Positions 53,713 through 64,000 of a stretch of 64,000 nucleotides of DNA are shown here, one piece after another. The stretch's first letter is position 1. Every line of letters starts with the position of its first letter. Position numbers and translations under genes: made by a program. This DNA comes from an uncultured Alphaproteobacteria bacterium. Its GTDB lineage: Bacteria; Pseudomonadota; Alphaproteobacteria; Rhizobiales; Xanthobacteraceae. The notes under the pieces were generated by a model that worked only from the letters and a program-made list of their open reading frames with translations, made no database searches and was not told the origin of the DNA. The stretch is from contig CAWIXM010000045.1 in assembly GCA_963840055.1 (NCBI GenBank), positions 79,971-143,970 of the forward strand, given 5' to 3'.

Positions 53713-56013
53713 TTACAACGTATGCAGGCGCTTGCGCTCTTCGATCGCAGCCCAAAGGCGCTCGGGCGTCGCCGGCATGTCGACATGGCGAATCCGGTAG
53801 GCGCGCCACAACGCATCGACGACGGCGTTGATCACCGCCGGGCACGCGCCGATTGTCCCTGCCTCGCCTGCTCCCTTCACCCCAAGCGGATTGGTCGCGC
53901 AGCGCACGTTTCGGGTCTCAAATATGAAAGCGGGCGTATCGTCCGCGCGCGGCAGCGCGTAGTCGAGCAGGCTCGCGGTAATCAACTGGCCGGAGTCGCT
54001 GTCATAGACCGTGCGTTCCATCAGCGCTTGGCCGATGCCCTGGACCGCTCCGCCCTCGACCTGGCCTTCGAGCAGCAACGGATTGAGCGTTACGCCGAAA
54101 TCATCGACCACCACATAGTTCACGATTTCGACAAGCCCGGTGTCGGCATCGATCTCGACTTCGGCGATATGCGTGCCGTTGGGATAGGTCGCCGCATTGG
54201 GGGCAAACGTGTCTTCAGTGGTCAATCGCTCTGGACTCGCCTTGGGCGTCTGCGCCAGCTCGGCAAGGGAGAGCGCGCGATCGGTTCCGGCGATGCGGAC
54301 ATGGCCCGCGGCGAATTCGAGATCGGCGATGCTCGCCTCGAGCGCGTCGGCCGCGATGTCTTTCAGATTATCGGCGAGCTTCTTCGCTGCGCCTGCCGCC
54401 GCGACGCCCCCGCAGGGAATCGAGCTCGACCCGCCGGTTCCGGCGCCGGTCGCGATCAGCCTGGTGTCGCCTTGGATCACCTGCACTTGCTCGGGCGGAA
54501 GGTCGAGATACTCAGCGATCAGTTGCGCATAGGCGGTGTGATGGCCCTGGCCGGTCGACTGCGAGCCGATCAGCACCGTGACGATCCCGTCCTTGCCAAG
54601 CGTGAGCTTGGCCGTCTCCGGCCCGACCGCGCCGCACGCCTCGACATAGGTCGCAAGGCCGATGCCGCGCAGCTTGCCGGCCTTTTTCGCCGCGGCCACG
54701 CGACGGTTGAAGCCCTTCCAGTCGGCGATCTCCTGCGCGCGCGCCATGTGTCCGGCGAATTCGCCGGAATCGTAGACCTTTCCGGTCGCGGTCCGGTACG
54801 GCATCGCCTGCGGCTTGATGAAGTTGCGCTTGCGCAGCGTGTCCGGGGCAACGCCAAGATCGCGGGCGGCGGCGTCGACCAGTCGCTCGATCACATAAGC
54901 CGCTTCCGGCCGCCCGGCGCCGCGATAGGCATCGACGGGCACCGTGTTGGTGTAGGCCGCCCGGATGCGGATGAAGCAGGTCGGAATATCATAGACACCC
55001 GGCAGCATGCCGGCGCCGACATAGGGGATGAAGGGTGCGAAGAAGGAGAGATACGCCCCCATGTCGCACACCATATCAACCGCGAGCGCGAGAAATCGCC
55101 CCTTCTCGTCAAGTGCAAGCTTGGCGGTCGTGACATTGTCGCGTCCTTGCGTGTCGGCGACGAAGTGCTCCATGCGATCGGCGACCCACGCGACCGGCCG
55201 GCCGAGCCGCTGCGCCGCGACCGCGCAAAGCGCATATTCCCGATAGGGAAAAATCTTCGTCCCGAAGCCGCCGCCGACGTCGGGCGTGACCACATGCAGA
55301 CGATCTTCGGGAATGCGCAGGATGGTCCCGGCAACGACCCTCTTCAGCATGTGGGAGCCCTGGCTGCCGAGGGTCAAGGTGAAGCTTTCGCTCGCCGGGT
55401 CGTATGCGGCGAGCACCGCCCGGGTGTCGAGATAATTGGTGACGAGGCGCTGGTTGACGAGCCTCAGCGATATGGTCTGCGCTGCGCCTGCAAATGCCGC
55501 CGCCGTCTCTGTTTCGTCGCCGAGCGTCTGTTCATAGGCGAGATTGCCGGGGCGATCTTCCCATACCAGCGGAGCGCCAGGCTCAAGGGCTGCGACTGCA
55601 TCGACGGCATGTGGCAGAGCCTCCCAATCGACCTCGATGGCTTCGGCCGCGTCCTTTGCCTGGTCAAGCGTGTCGGCGACGACGAATGCGATGGCGTCGC
55701 CGACATGACGCACGATGCCGCCGACTAGGATCGGGCTCTCCCGCGCATCGACGGTGATCCCGGGCGGTACGCCGAAGCACGGCAACGGACCAAGTTCAGT
55801 GATGTCGGCGGCCGTCAAGATCAGGCGAACGCCCGGCATGGTGCGCGCCGCGTCGACATCGATGCGGGTCAGGCGCGCATGCGCGTGCGGCGAGCGGAGC
55901 ACCACGGCACGACACGTGTCGGGCGGAACGAGATCGGCAACATAACGCCCATTCCCGCGAAGGAACGCGTCATCCTCCTTGCGGGTGACGGATTGCGAGA
56001 CGCCGAACTTCAT
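53713..56013 (-). CDS. xanthine dehydrogenase-family molybdopterin-binding subunit, form II CoxL-like
   Basis: 766 aa. It starts MKFGVSQSVTRKEDDAFLRGNGRYVAD and has the active-site loop VDAYRGAGRPEA (the AYRGAGR type). No CoxS or CoxM genes are adjacent. Confidence 0.88.
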   Translation of the reverse strand: MKFGVSQSVTRKEDDAFLRGNGRYVADLVPPDTCRAVVLRSPHAHARLTRIDVDAARTMPGVRLILTAADITELGPLPCFGVPPGITVDARESPILVGGIVRHVGDAIAFVVADTLDQAKDAAEAIEVDWEALPHAVDAVAALEPGAPLVWEDRPGNLAYEQTLGDETETAAAFAGAAQTISLRLVNQRLVTNYLDTRAVLAAYDPASESFTLTLGSQGSHMLKRVVAGTILRIPEDRLHVVTPDVGGGFGTKIFPYREYALCAVAAQRLGRPVAWVADRMEHFVADTQGRDNVTTAKLALDEKGRFLALAVDMVCDMGAYLSFFAPFIPYVGAGMLPGVYDIPTCFIRIRAAYTNTVPVDAYRGAGRPEAAYVIERLVDAAARDLGVAPDTLRKRNFIKPQAMPYRTATGKVYDSGEFAGHMARAQEIADWKGFNRRVAAAKKAGKLRGIGLATYVEACGAVGPETAKLTLGKDGIVTVLIGSQSTGQGHHTAYAQLIAEYLDLPPEQVQVIQGDTRLIATGAGTGGSSSIPCGGVAAAGAAKKLADNLKDIAADALEASIADLEFAAGHVRIAGTDRALSLAELAQTPKASPERLTTEDTFAPNAATYPNGTHIAEVEIDADTGLVEIVNYVVVDDFGVTLNPLLLEGQVEGGAVQGIGQALMERTVYDSDSGQLITASLLDYALPRADDTPAFIFETRNVRCATNPLGVKGAGEAGTIGACPAVINAVVDALWRAYRIRHVDMPATPERLWAAIEERKRLHTL

Positions 56014-56065
56014 CCGTAATGCTCCCCCTCATGTGCGTCGCCTTTCGGCGCGCCGGCCGATCCAT

Positions 56066-59000
56066 TCACTCCGCCGGGTGGCCGGCAGACGCCCCTGACG
56101 CAGCGCGGCGTTTTCGGCCCAGCCCCGCCAACCACCGGCATACGACGTAGAACACCGGCGTGAAGACGAGCCCGAACGCCGTCACCCCGATCATTCCCGA
56201 AAATACCGCCGTGCCCAGCGTCTGGCGCAGTTCAGCGCCGGCGCCAACCGCCCAGACCAGCGGCATCACCCCGAAAATGAAAGCAAACGAGGTCATCAGA
56301 ATCGGGCGAAGCCGCAGGCGCGCCGCCTCGATCGCAGCGGCGAAGCGATCGCGGCCCTGGTCTTCGAGTCGCTTGGCGAACTCGACGATAAGGATGGCGT
56401 TCTTGGCGGCTAGTCCGATCAGCACGATAAAACCCACTTGGGTGAGGATGTTGTTGTCCTGTCCGCGCAGGATCACGCCGGTGATCGAAGCGATGAGGCA
56501 CATCGGCACGATCAGGATGACGGCGAGCGGCAGCGTCAGGCTCTCAAACTGCGCCGCCAACACCAAGAACACGAACACCACCGCCAAGGCGAAGGCGAAG
56601 CCGGCCGTGCTGCCGGCGCGAATCTGCTGGAAAGCGAGCGTCGTCCACTCATAGGCGAAGCCCTCCGGCAAGGTCTCGGCGGCGAGCCGCTCCATGATCG
56701 CGATCGCTTGGCCTTGCGCATAGCCGGGCGCCGCCGCCCCGTCGAGCTCGGCCGCCGGATAGAGATTGTAGCGCGGCACCCGGAACGGCCCCGACATGTC
56801 GCGCACGGTGGTGAAGGAGCCGAGCGGAACGGTCAATCCGGCGGAGTTGCGCACCCTGATCCTGAGCACGTCCTTGTAATCGGTGCGATAGGGCGCGTCG
56901 GCCTGCACGGTCACGCGGAAGGTGCGGCCGAGCAGATTGAAGTCGTTGACATAGTTCGACCCGATGAAGACTTGCAGCGCGGCGAACACATCCGCCACGT
57001 TTACCCCGAGGAGCTGCGCCTTGGTGCGATCGATATCGAGATAGAGCTCCGGGGTCTGCGTCTCGAACAACGAGAACACCTGCTGAAGGCCCGGTGTTTG
57101 CGCCGCGCGGCCGATCATGGCGACCACCGCGCCTTGCAGCGCCTGCGGTCCGTTCCCGGCGCGATCCTCCACCATCATGCGAAAGCCGCCCGCATTGCCG
57201 ATGCCGGATACAGGCGGCGGCTGCACGACGACAATGAAGGCCTCCTCGATCGCCGCGTAGCGTCCGAACAGCGTTCTCTGGATCGCGGCAGCCGACTTGC
57301 GCGGATCCTGCGCGCGAGTCGCCCACGGTTCGAGGACGAGAAAAAGCGCGCCGGCATTCGGCGCCTGCGTGAACGTCGCCCCCGAAAAGCCGACGATGTT
57401 GACGGCATGAGATACGCCCGGAACCTGCAGGGCCATGTCGCGCGCGCGGCGCATGACCGCGTCGGTTCGCGCCAAAGACGCGCCCGGAGGGAGCTGCGCC
57501 GCCACGATCAGATAGCCGCGGTCGAGTTGCGGGATGAATCCCGTCGGCGTGCGGGAGAACTCGAAGAGCCCGTACCCGATGATCCCCGCATAAAGCACCA
57601 GCATCAGGACGGCAAAACGCACGACGCGCGCGGCCATCCAGCCATAGCCGCTGGCAATCGCGTTGAAGCCGCGATTGAACAGCCGGAAGAAAACATGGAG
57701 CGGCCACTCGTACCAGCGGTCGCGATGATGCGGATCATGCGGCTTGAGCAGAAGCGCGCACATCGCCGGAGAAAGCGTCAGCGAGACGATCAGCGAGATC
57801 ACTGTCGCGCCGGCAATGGTGAGGGCGAACTGACGGTAGAACTGCCCCGAGATGCCGGTGATGAACGCGGAAGGCACGAAAACCGCGCACAGGACGAGCG
57901 CGATCGCGATGAGCGCCGCGCCGACCTCGTCCATGCTCTTGAACGCGGCGTCGCGCGGACTTAGCCCGCGCGCGATGTTGCGCTCGACGTTCTCGACCAC
58001 GACGATCGCGTCGTCGACCACAATGCCGATCGCAAGCACAAGCCCGAATAGCGACAGATTGTTGAGTGAAAACCCGAACAGCGACATGAAGAAGAAGGTG
58101 CCGATCAGCGACACCGGGATCGCGACGATCGGAATCACCGCAGCGCGCCAGGTCTGCAGGAAAATGATCACGACGAGAACGACGAGAATGATCGCCTCGA
58201 TGATGGTTTGGATCACTGCATTGACCAACTCCGAGATGAACTCGGTGGGATTGTAGACAATGTCGTATTTGATCCCGGTCGGGAAGCGCTTCGCCACCTG
58301 TTGCATGGCGTCGCGCACGCCTTGCGCGGTCGCGAGCGCGTTCGATCCCGGGCGCTGGAACAGCGCCAGCGCCACCGCTTCGTGGTTATCGAGATAGGAA
58401 TTGGAGGAATAGTCGAGCGCGCCCAGCTCGACGCGCCCGACATCCTTGAGGCGCACCACCGCGTTCGGCGTCTGTTTGACCACGACATTGGCGAATTCGT
58501 CGGCGTTGGCGAGACGTCCGAGCGTCTGCACCGCGATCTGGAATGCTCCTTGATTGGGGATCGGCGGCTGATTGATCACGCCCGACGCCACTTGCAGATT
58601 CTGCGCCTGCAACGCGCGCACAACGTCGGTCGCGGTCATCTCCATCGATTGCAGACGGTCGGGATCGAGCCAGATGCGCATCGAATAGTCGCGGCTGCCG
58701 AATACAATGATGCTCCCGACGCCGTCGACGCGCGCCAGCACGTCCTTGATCTCCAAGGTGGCGTAGTTGGACACGAACAGGATGTCGCGCGACTTGTCGG
58801 GCGAATAAAGGTGCACGATCATCATGAGATCGGGCGAGGCCTTGTTCACTGTGACGCCGATATTGCGCACCTCCGAGGGCAGGCGCGGCAGCGCGATCGA
58901 CACGCGGTTCTGAACCTGCACCTGCGCGATATCGAGATCGGTGCCGAGATCGAACGTCACCGAAATGGAGAAACGCCCATCCGCGGTCGAATTCGACGAG

Positions 59001-59245
59001 AGATAGAGCATTCTCTCGACGCCGTTGATCTGTTCCTCGATCGGCGCCACCACGGTGGCGGCGACCACTTCGGCGCTGGCCCCGGGATACTGGCCACGGA
59101 CGTTGATGACCGGAGGCGCAATTTCGGGATATTGCGCGACCGGCAGGCGGAAGAACGAGACCGCCCCGATGATGACCAAGACGATCGACACGACCGAGGC
59201 GAAGATCGGACGATCAATGAAGAAATGCGATATGCGCACGGTCAA
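56066..59245 (-). CDS. RND efflux transporter permease (HAE1, AcrB/MexB-like)
   Basis: 1059 aa. It starts ISHFFIDRPIFASVVSIVLVIIGAVSF, has 12 TM segments and two large periplasmic loops, and overlaps the adaptor gene by 4 nt. Confidence 0.93.
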   Translation of the reverse strand: MTVRISHFFIDRPIFASVVSIVLVIIGAVSFFRLPVAQYPEIAPPVINVRGQYPGASAEVVAATVVAPIEEQINGVERMLYLSSNSTADGRFSISVTFDLGTDLDIAQVQVQNRVSIALPRLPSEVRNIGVTVNKASPDLMMIVHLYSPDKSRDILFVSNYATLEIKDVLARVDGVGSIIVFGSRDYSMRIWLDPDRLQSMEMTATDVVRALQAQNLQVASGVINQPPIPNQGAFQIAVQTLGRLANADEFANVVVKQTPNAVVRLKDVGRVELGALDYSSNSYLDNHEAVALALFQRPGSNALATAQGVRDAMQQVAKRFPTGIKYDIVYNPTEFISELVNAVIQTIIEAIILVVLVVIIFLQTWRAAVIPIVAIPVSLIGTFFFMSLFGFSLNNLSLFGLVLAIGIVVDDAIVVVENVERNIARGLSPRDAAFKSMDEVGAALIAIALVLCAVFVPSAFITGISGQFYRQFALTIAGATVISLIVSLTLSPAMCALLLKPHDPHHRDRWYEWPLHVFFRLFNRGFNAIASGYGWMAARVVRFAVLMLVLYAGIIGYGLFEFSRTPTGFIPQLDRGYLIVAAQLPPGASLARTDAVMRRARDMALQVPGVSHAVNIVGFSGATFTQAPNAGALFLVLEPWATRAQDPRKSAAAIQRTLFGRYAAIEEAFIVVVQPPPVSGIGNAGGFRMMVEDRAGNGPQALQGAVVAMIGRAAQTPGLQQVFSLFETQTPELYLDIDRTKAQLLGVNVADVFAALQVFIGSNYVNDFNLLGRTFRVTVQADAPYRTDYKDVLRIRVRNSAGLTVPLGSFTTVRDMSGPFRVPRYNLYPAAELDGAAAPGYAQGQAIAIMERLAAETLPEGFAYEWTTLAFQQIRAGSTAGFAFALAVVFVFLVLAAQFESLTLPLAVILIVPMCLIASITGVILRGQDNNILTQVGFIVLIGLAAKNAILIVEFAKRLEDQGRDRFAAAIEAARLRLRPILMTSFAFIFGVMPLVWAVGAGAELRQTLGTAVFSGMIGVTAFGLVFTPVFYVVCRWLAGLGRKRRAASGASAGHPAE

Positions 59246-60462
59246 TCCGCCTTGCTGCCGGACGCCTGCGGCGCAACCGCGGCCTGCGGGCTTGCTTGCC
59301 CCGGCGGCGGGCTTGCCTGCGGCGGTGGCGCGCTCGCTTCTAGCGGCTTGACCTTCTGACCAGGCCGCGCCTTCACCAGCCCCTTGGTCACCACGCGGTC
59401 GCTCGGTGTCAGCCCCTCGCGAATCACCCGCAGGTCGCCGACCGCTTCGCCAAGCTTGACGTATTTCTGGTGCACGACGTTGTTGGCATCGACGACCGAG
59501 ACGAATTTGCGGGTCTGCTCCGAGCCGATCGCGACGTCCGGCACCAGCAGCGCCTTGTAGGCCGACGAGCCAGGCACGCGGATACGGGCGAACATACCGG
59601 GCGTCAACACGCCGGTCGGATTGGAGAACACGGCCCGACCGCGGATCGTACCTGTCGCGCGATCGATGACATTGTCAACGAAGTCCATGCTGCCTGCGTG
59701 CTCGAAGCTGTTCTCGTCGAGCAGCTTGAGCGTCACGTCGACGCCGCCCGAGGGATTCGTAACGTCGCTCCCCGTCTTGGCCAAGCGCTGGTAGCGCAGA
59801 TACGACGCTTCGTCGAACGTGAACTCGAACCGGATCGGATCATAGGTCACGATGGTCGCGAGCAACGTCGTGTTGCCGCCGGTGCCGCCGGTCACGAGAT
59901 TGCCGGGCGACACGCGACGGTCGCCGATCCGGCCGGTGACCGGAGCGCGCAGCTCGGTGAATTCGAGGTCGAGGGTCGCCTGGCGCACGGCCGCCTCCTG
60001 CGCGGCGACCGACGCCTCGGCAACGCGCTTGGCCTGCGTGCGCTGATCGAAGGTCTGCTCGGTGATTGTCCGGTCGCGGACGAGCTGCTGGGCGCGGCGG
60101 AGATCCCCCTCCGCAAAGGCGAGATTGGCGCGCGCTTGCGTGAGCGTCGCCTTGGCCTGGTCGAGCGCGGTCTGGAACGGGCGCTTGTCGATGGTGATCA
60201 GGAGATCGCCCTGATTGACGATCTGGCCGTCGGTGAAATGCACGCTGTCGAGATAGCCTGACACCCGCGAGCGCACTTCAACCGACTCGATCGGGACGAA
60301 GCGCCCGACATATTCGTCATAGTCGATAACCGTGCGTTGGGTCGGATGGTCGACTGTAACCTGCGGCGGAGGCGGGGCGACCGATTGTTGCTTTCCCTCG
60401 CTGCAGCCAGCCATCGCAAGCGCAAAAAGGATGGCGGCAAGCCGCGCCGAAAACGATCTCAT
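59242..60462 (-). CDS. RND efflux periplasmic adaptor (membrane fusion) lipoprotein
   Basis: The ATG at 60462 follows GGAG. It has the lipobox LAMAGC, a coiled-coil hairpin and beta-barrel regions typical of the AcrA family, and a Pro/Ala-rich tail. Confidence 0.9.
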   Translation of the reverse strand: MRSFSARLAAILFALAMAGCSEGKQQSVAPPPPQVTVDHPTQRTVIDYDEYVGRFVPIESVEVRSRVSGYLDSVHFTDGQIVNQGDLLITIDKRPFQTALDQAKATLTQARANLAFAEGDLRRAQQLVRDRTITEQTFDQRTQAKRVAEASVAAQEAAVRQATLDLEFTELRAPVTGRIGDRRVSPGNLVTGGTGGNTTLLATIVTYDPIRFEFTFDEASYLRYQRLAKTGSDVTNPSGGVDVTLKLLDENSFEHAGSMDFVDNVIDRATGTIRGRAVFSNPTGVLTPGMFARIRVPGSSAYKALLVPDVAIGSEQTRKFVSVVDANNVVHQKYVKLGEAVGDLRVIREGLTPSDRVVTKGLVKARPGQKVKPLEASAPPPQASPPPGQASPQAAVAPQASGSKAD

Positions 60463-60610
60463 GGGAACTCCGTTGGCATATCGAACGCCGATAGCCGGTG
60501 CATTGGGCCTGACCAAGGCAAGCGAATCGACCCATGCCGATCGAGTCGATCGGCGGCGGAAAATCCCGTCCTTTTCACACCGACGCCCCGTCCCCATATT
60601 CGACGCCGAC

Positions 60611-61699
60611 ATGTCAGTCCATTCCATCCGCACAATAGTTGCCGCTCCGCGCCGCCGCCCCATGGTTGTCGACGTACATAACTCGCCCTCTGCGTGTAAT
60701 CCGGATGACGGCGCACATTCACCCGATCTTGCCGCTGATGCCTCCGCGCAGCCGGCCGAGGGCGAACTGCTCGATGCCTATTCCCGCGCCGTGATCGGGG
60801 TCGTCGACCGCATCGGCCCCGCGGTCGTGCGTCTCGACGTTGCTCACGACAATCGCGCCGGCGGTTCGGGCTCCGGCGTAATCGTCGCGCCCGATGGGTT
60901 GATCCTTACCAACCACCATGTGGTTGGATCGAGTTCGCGGGTCAAGGCGACCACCGCCGAAGGGATGAGCCTGACCGCGCGGGTTGTCGGCGTCGACCCC
61001 GATACCGATCTCGCGCTCATTCGTATAAATGAAAGCGTCGCCCTGCCGGCGGCTCGCCTCGGCGATTCCAAGCAACTGCGCCGCGGCCAGCTGGTGATCG
61101 CCATCGGCAATCCGCTCGGATTCGAATCGACGGTGACGGCGGGAGTGGTGTCTGCGCTCGGCCGCTCGCTGCGCGCCAGCAGCGGCCGGTTGATCGACGA
61201 CCTGATCCAGACCGACGCGGCGCTCAACCCCGGGAATTCCGGCGGTCCCCTCGTCGCCTCGCATGGCGAGGTGGTCGGAATCAACACCGCGATCATTCTC
61301 GGGGCGCAGGGAATCTGTTTCGCCATCGCGGCGAACACGGCGCAACATGTGCTCGGCGAACTGGTGCGGCACGGCCGTGTGCGGCGCGCGTTCATCGGCA
61401 TCGCCGCGGCGCAGACCGCGCTGCCGCGTCGCCTGCGCCATCAGGCCGGCGTCGCGCAGGCGAGCGCGGTGATGGTCTCCTCGGTCGAACCCGGGAGTCC
61501 AGCGGCGCAGGCCGACATCCGATCCGGCGACGTGATTCTCGGCATTGGCGGCTGCACAGTCACCGGCGCCGACGATCTGATCCGGCTTCTTACTGGCGAG
61601 CAGATCGGGCGGATGATCGAGGTCGAGTTCCTGCGCGATGGCAAGGTGCGGCAGGCATCGCTGGTTCCGCAGGAGCGGCCGCCGCGCAAGGCTGCATGA
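60611..61699 (+). CDS. S1C (HtrA/DegP-like) serine protease with one PDZ domain (start 60611 or 60662)
   Basis: The catalytic triad context is TNHHVV, DTDLALIRI and GNSGGPL. A C-terminal PDZ domain is present (GDVILGIGGCTVTGADDL). No obvious signal peptide. Confidence 0.8.
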   Translation: MSVHSIRTIVAAPRRRPMVVDVHNSPSACNPDDGAHSPDLAADASAQPAEGELLDAYSRAVIGVVDRIGPAVVRLDVAHDNRAGGSGSGVIVAPDGLILTNHHVVGSSSRVKATTAEGMSLTARVVGVDPDTDLALIRINESVALPAARLGDSKQLRRGQLVIAIGNPLGFESTVTAGVVSALGRSLRASSGRLIDDLIQTDAALNPGNSGGPLVASHGEVVGINTAIILGAQGICFAIAANTAQHVLGELVRHGRVRRAFIGIAAAQTALPRRLRHQAGVAQASAVMVSSVEPGSPAAQADIRSGDVILGIGGCTVTGADDLIRLLTGEQIGRMIEVEFLRDGKVRQASLVPQERPPRKAA

Positions 61700-61720
61700 G
61701 GCAGAACGAATTCCGTCCCC

Positions 61721-63295
61721 TCAGGTCTCGCCCGCAGGGCCGGTCAACGCCGGCGGCGACGCCGGTGGGCGCTTGCCAAATTCGCGCAGCCATCGCCGGC
61801 CGAACAATGCTGCGACGGCCGCGCCGTAGACAATGCCGCCGATAACGGTCAACGTCGCAAGCTCCGCCTCCGCCCGCAGCCGCTGCATATCGCCGAAGAC
61901 CACGTCGAGCCAGCGCTGGCTCGCCGCCAGCGCCAGCGCCAACGCTATTCCCGCGATCGCCAGTTTGATGGTCGAGCGCCGCAGCCGCCCATCGATGGCG
62001 ACGAGTCCCGCCCGCATCGCGAAAAGAACGACGAGCGCGAAGTTCACCCACGCGCCGATCGAAGTCGCGAGGGCGAGGCCCACCTGCGCATAGGTCCCCA
62101 TCAGCGCGATCTTGCATGCGACGTTGATCGCGACCGCTACGAGCAACGCCTTGACCGGCGTCGCCGTGTCGCCCCGCGCAAGGAACGTCGCGGTGAAGCT
62201 GCGGATCAGCACGAAGGGCAACAGCCCGATCGTGTAGGCCGCAAGCGTCGCAGCGGCTGCGCTGGCGTCGGCCGCGGTGAATGCTCCGCGCGAGAACAGG
62301 CCGGACATGATCCGGTCCGGCACGAGCAGGAAGGCGACGACAAACGGAATCGCCATGAGCAGCGTCAGTTCGATCACGCGGCTCTGCGCATGGCGCGCGC
62401 CCCGCTCGTCGTCAGCCGCGATGCGGCTCGCCATCTCGGGCAGCACGACCGTTCCTGCGGCGATGCCGATGACGCCGATCGGGAGTTGATTCAGCCGGTC
62501 GGCGTAATAAAGCGCAGAGAGCGCGCCGGCCGGAAGGAAGGTCGCGATGATCGTGTCCGCGAATAGCGCGATCTGCAGACCGGCCGAGCCGAGCGTCGCC
62601 GGACCGAGCGCTTTGAAAAACCGTTTGGCGTCCTCATTGTACGCAAACGCGCGGAAACGTGGCAGCCCGTCGTGGCGCGATTGGTCGGCGCCCACAAGAA
62701 GCGCCTCGAGGAAGCCTGCGATCAACACGCCCCAGGCGGCGGCATGCCCGGCATTGGGAAAGAAGGCGGCGAGCGCGAGCGTCGCCATCATCGACAGATT
62801 GAGCAGGATCGGCGCCGCGGCGGGCGACGCAAAGCGCTGCACGGCGTTGAGCATGCCGCCGTACAACGTCACCAGGCTGACGAGCAGGAGATAAGGAAAG
62901 GTTATGCGGGTCAGCGAAACCGCGAGGGCGAACTGGTCCTGGTCGTCGGCGAATCCTGGCGCCAACAGGCGGATGACTTCCGGCGTGAACACCAAGGCAA
63001 GCAGCAGCAAAATCGCTTCGGCCGCGACCAGAAGCGTGAAGATGCGGTCGGCGAATAGGCGCGCTGCACCGACGCCATCCTGCTGGCGGATGCGCGCATA
63101 GGCCGGTACGAAGGCGGAGTTGAACGCCCCTTCGGCGAAGATGGCGCGGAAATGGTTCGGCAGCCGGAGCGCGACGAAGAACGCATCGGCGATCGGCCCC
63201 GCGCCGAGAATTGCCGCCAGCATGATATCGCGCATGAAGCCGGTGATGCGCGAAAGAAGCGTGAAGCCGCCGACCGTGAGAATACGTCCGAGCAT
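61721..63295 (-). CDS. murJ: lipid II flippase MurJ
   Basis: Starts TVGGFTLLSRITGFMRDIMLAAILGAGPIADAFFVALRLPNHFRAIFAEGAFNSAFVP. Length is 524 aa with about 14 TM segments. Confidence 0.93.
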   Translation of the reverse strand: MLGRILTVGGFTLLSRITGFMRDIMLAAILGAGPIADAFFVALRLPNHFRAIFAEGAFNSAFVPAYARIRQQDGVGAARLFADRIFTLLVAAEAILLLLALVFTPEVIRLLAPGFADDQDQFALAVSLTRITFPYLLLVSLVTLYGGMLNAVQRFASPAAAPILLNLSMMATLALAAFFPNAGHAAAWGVLIAGFLEALLVGADQSRHDGLPRFRAFAYNEDAKRFFKALGPATLGSAGLQIALFADTIIATFLPAGALSALYYADRLNQLPIGVIGIAAGTVVLPEMASRIAADDERGARHAQSRVIELTLLMAIPFVVAFLLVPDRIMSGLFSRGAFTAADASAAAATLAAYTIGLLPFVLIRSFTATFLARGDTATPVKALLVAVAINVACKIALMGTYAQVGLALATSIGAWVNFALVVLFAMRAGLVAIDGRLRRSTIKLAIAGIALALALAASQRWLDVVFGDMQRLRAEAELATLTVIGGIVYGAAVAALFGRRWLREFGKRPPASPPALTGPAGET

Positions 63296-63350
63296 GCGGC
63301 CGTCACCTTCTGCTTCGCGAAAGTTTATGGCGCCACCGACGCACGAAAAT

Positions 63351-64000
63351 TCAAATGGCGACCGCCCGCCGCACCGCCTCGATGATACGGGTCTGAGTCG
63401 GTTCGTCGAGATAGGAATGCATGGGCAGGCTGATCACTTCTTCGCAGAGACGCTCTGCAACGGGCAACCCGTCCGGCGCGCAGGGGAAAGGCCGGTAGGC
63501 CGTCTGCCGGTGCAACGGTTTTGGATAATGGACCGCGGTCGGAATTCCGTCCGCTTTCAGCGACGCGGCGAAGGCGTCGCGCCGGCCGGGCCGAAGCCTG
63601 ATCGTGTACTGCGCCCAAACCGAGGTGCATCCCGTTGGAACCGAGGGAACCCGCACGACATCGGCCAACCCCTCCGCATACCGGCGCGCCACGCGGTCGC
63701 GCCCGACAATCTCGTCGGGGAATATCTTGAGCTTTTCGATCAGCACGGCCGCCTGAATGGTGTCGAGCCTGCCGTTGATGCCGACGCGAACATGGTCGTA
63801 TCGGTCCTTGCCGTACCCGTGCACGCGCAAGCTTTTCAGAGTATCGGCAAGCTCATCATCGTCGGTGAATACGGCCCCGCCATCGCCGTAGCAACCGAGC
63901 GGCTTCGCGGGGAAAAAGCTTGTCGCCGTCGCCGCCGCGATCGAACCGAGCGGTCGTCCGCGATAAGTCGCGCCGTATGCCTGAGCGGCGTCGTCGAGTA
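63351..64000 (-). CDS. DegT/DnrJ/EryC1/StrS family aminotransferase, 5' end outside the window
   Basis: The frame stays open to the window edge. It contains the PLP-lysine context SFFPAKPLGCYGDGGA and then GINGRLDTIQAAVL. The listed ORF 63351..63830 is only the part after an internal TTG. Confidence 0.88.
   Translation of the reverse strand, partial: LDDAAQAYGATYRGRPLGSIAAATATSFFPAKPLGCYGDGGAVFTDDDELADTLKSLRVHGYGKDRYDHVRVGINGRLDTIQAAVLIEKLKIFPDEIVGRDRVARRYAEGLADVVRVPSVPTGCTSVWAQYTIRLRPGRRDAFAASLKADGIPTAVHYPKPLHRQTAYRPFPCAPDGLPVAERLCEEVISLPMHSYLDEPTQTRIIEAVRRAVAI

Noticed and set aside
53434-55728. A 764-aa plus-strand ORF.
   Set aside because: It is antisense to the CoxL-like gene, which has clear family motifs, and has no recognisable motifs itself.

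Overview
GC-rich chromosomal segment that looks alphaproteobacterial (Hyphomicrobiales/Rhizobiales-like gene content). I count about 58 protein genes and saw no rRNA, tRNA or CRISPR array by eye. Most of the window is housekeeping: smc, ruvX, pyrB with a pyrC'-like gene, thiM-thiD behind a TPP riboswitch, murJ, an Mla-type ABC system, an RND efflux pair, and a ferredoxin/FNR pair. Small accessory insertions are scattered through it. They are a precisely delimitable IS30-family element (15290..16517), a low-GC AbiTii plus hicAB islet at the 3' end of a vWA gene, three copies of a 100-127 bp MITE-like palindromic element, and two G/C-rich nested-palindrome elements. The most interesting items are: (1) a 2,508-aa membrane-anchored protein made almost entirely of repeats whose lengths are multiples of 11 residues; (2) an exported caspase and a catalytically dead caspase fused to an FGE-like domain, flanking a tandem DUF4399 gene; (3) a hicAB cassette bracketed by two diverged copies of the same gene end that differ only synonymously; (4) a PmtA/PlcP/GT21 lipid-remodelling trio with a Pho-box-like site; (5) two exported proteins with extreme Arg/Tyr/Gly low-complexity regions. 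Five genes have broken reading frames, including smc and the pyrB-linked dihydroorotase-like gene, and two more genes are truncated. Assembly indel errors therefore need to be excluded before any of these is called a pseudogene. All coordinates, repeat alignments and motif calls were done by hand. No database search was possible.
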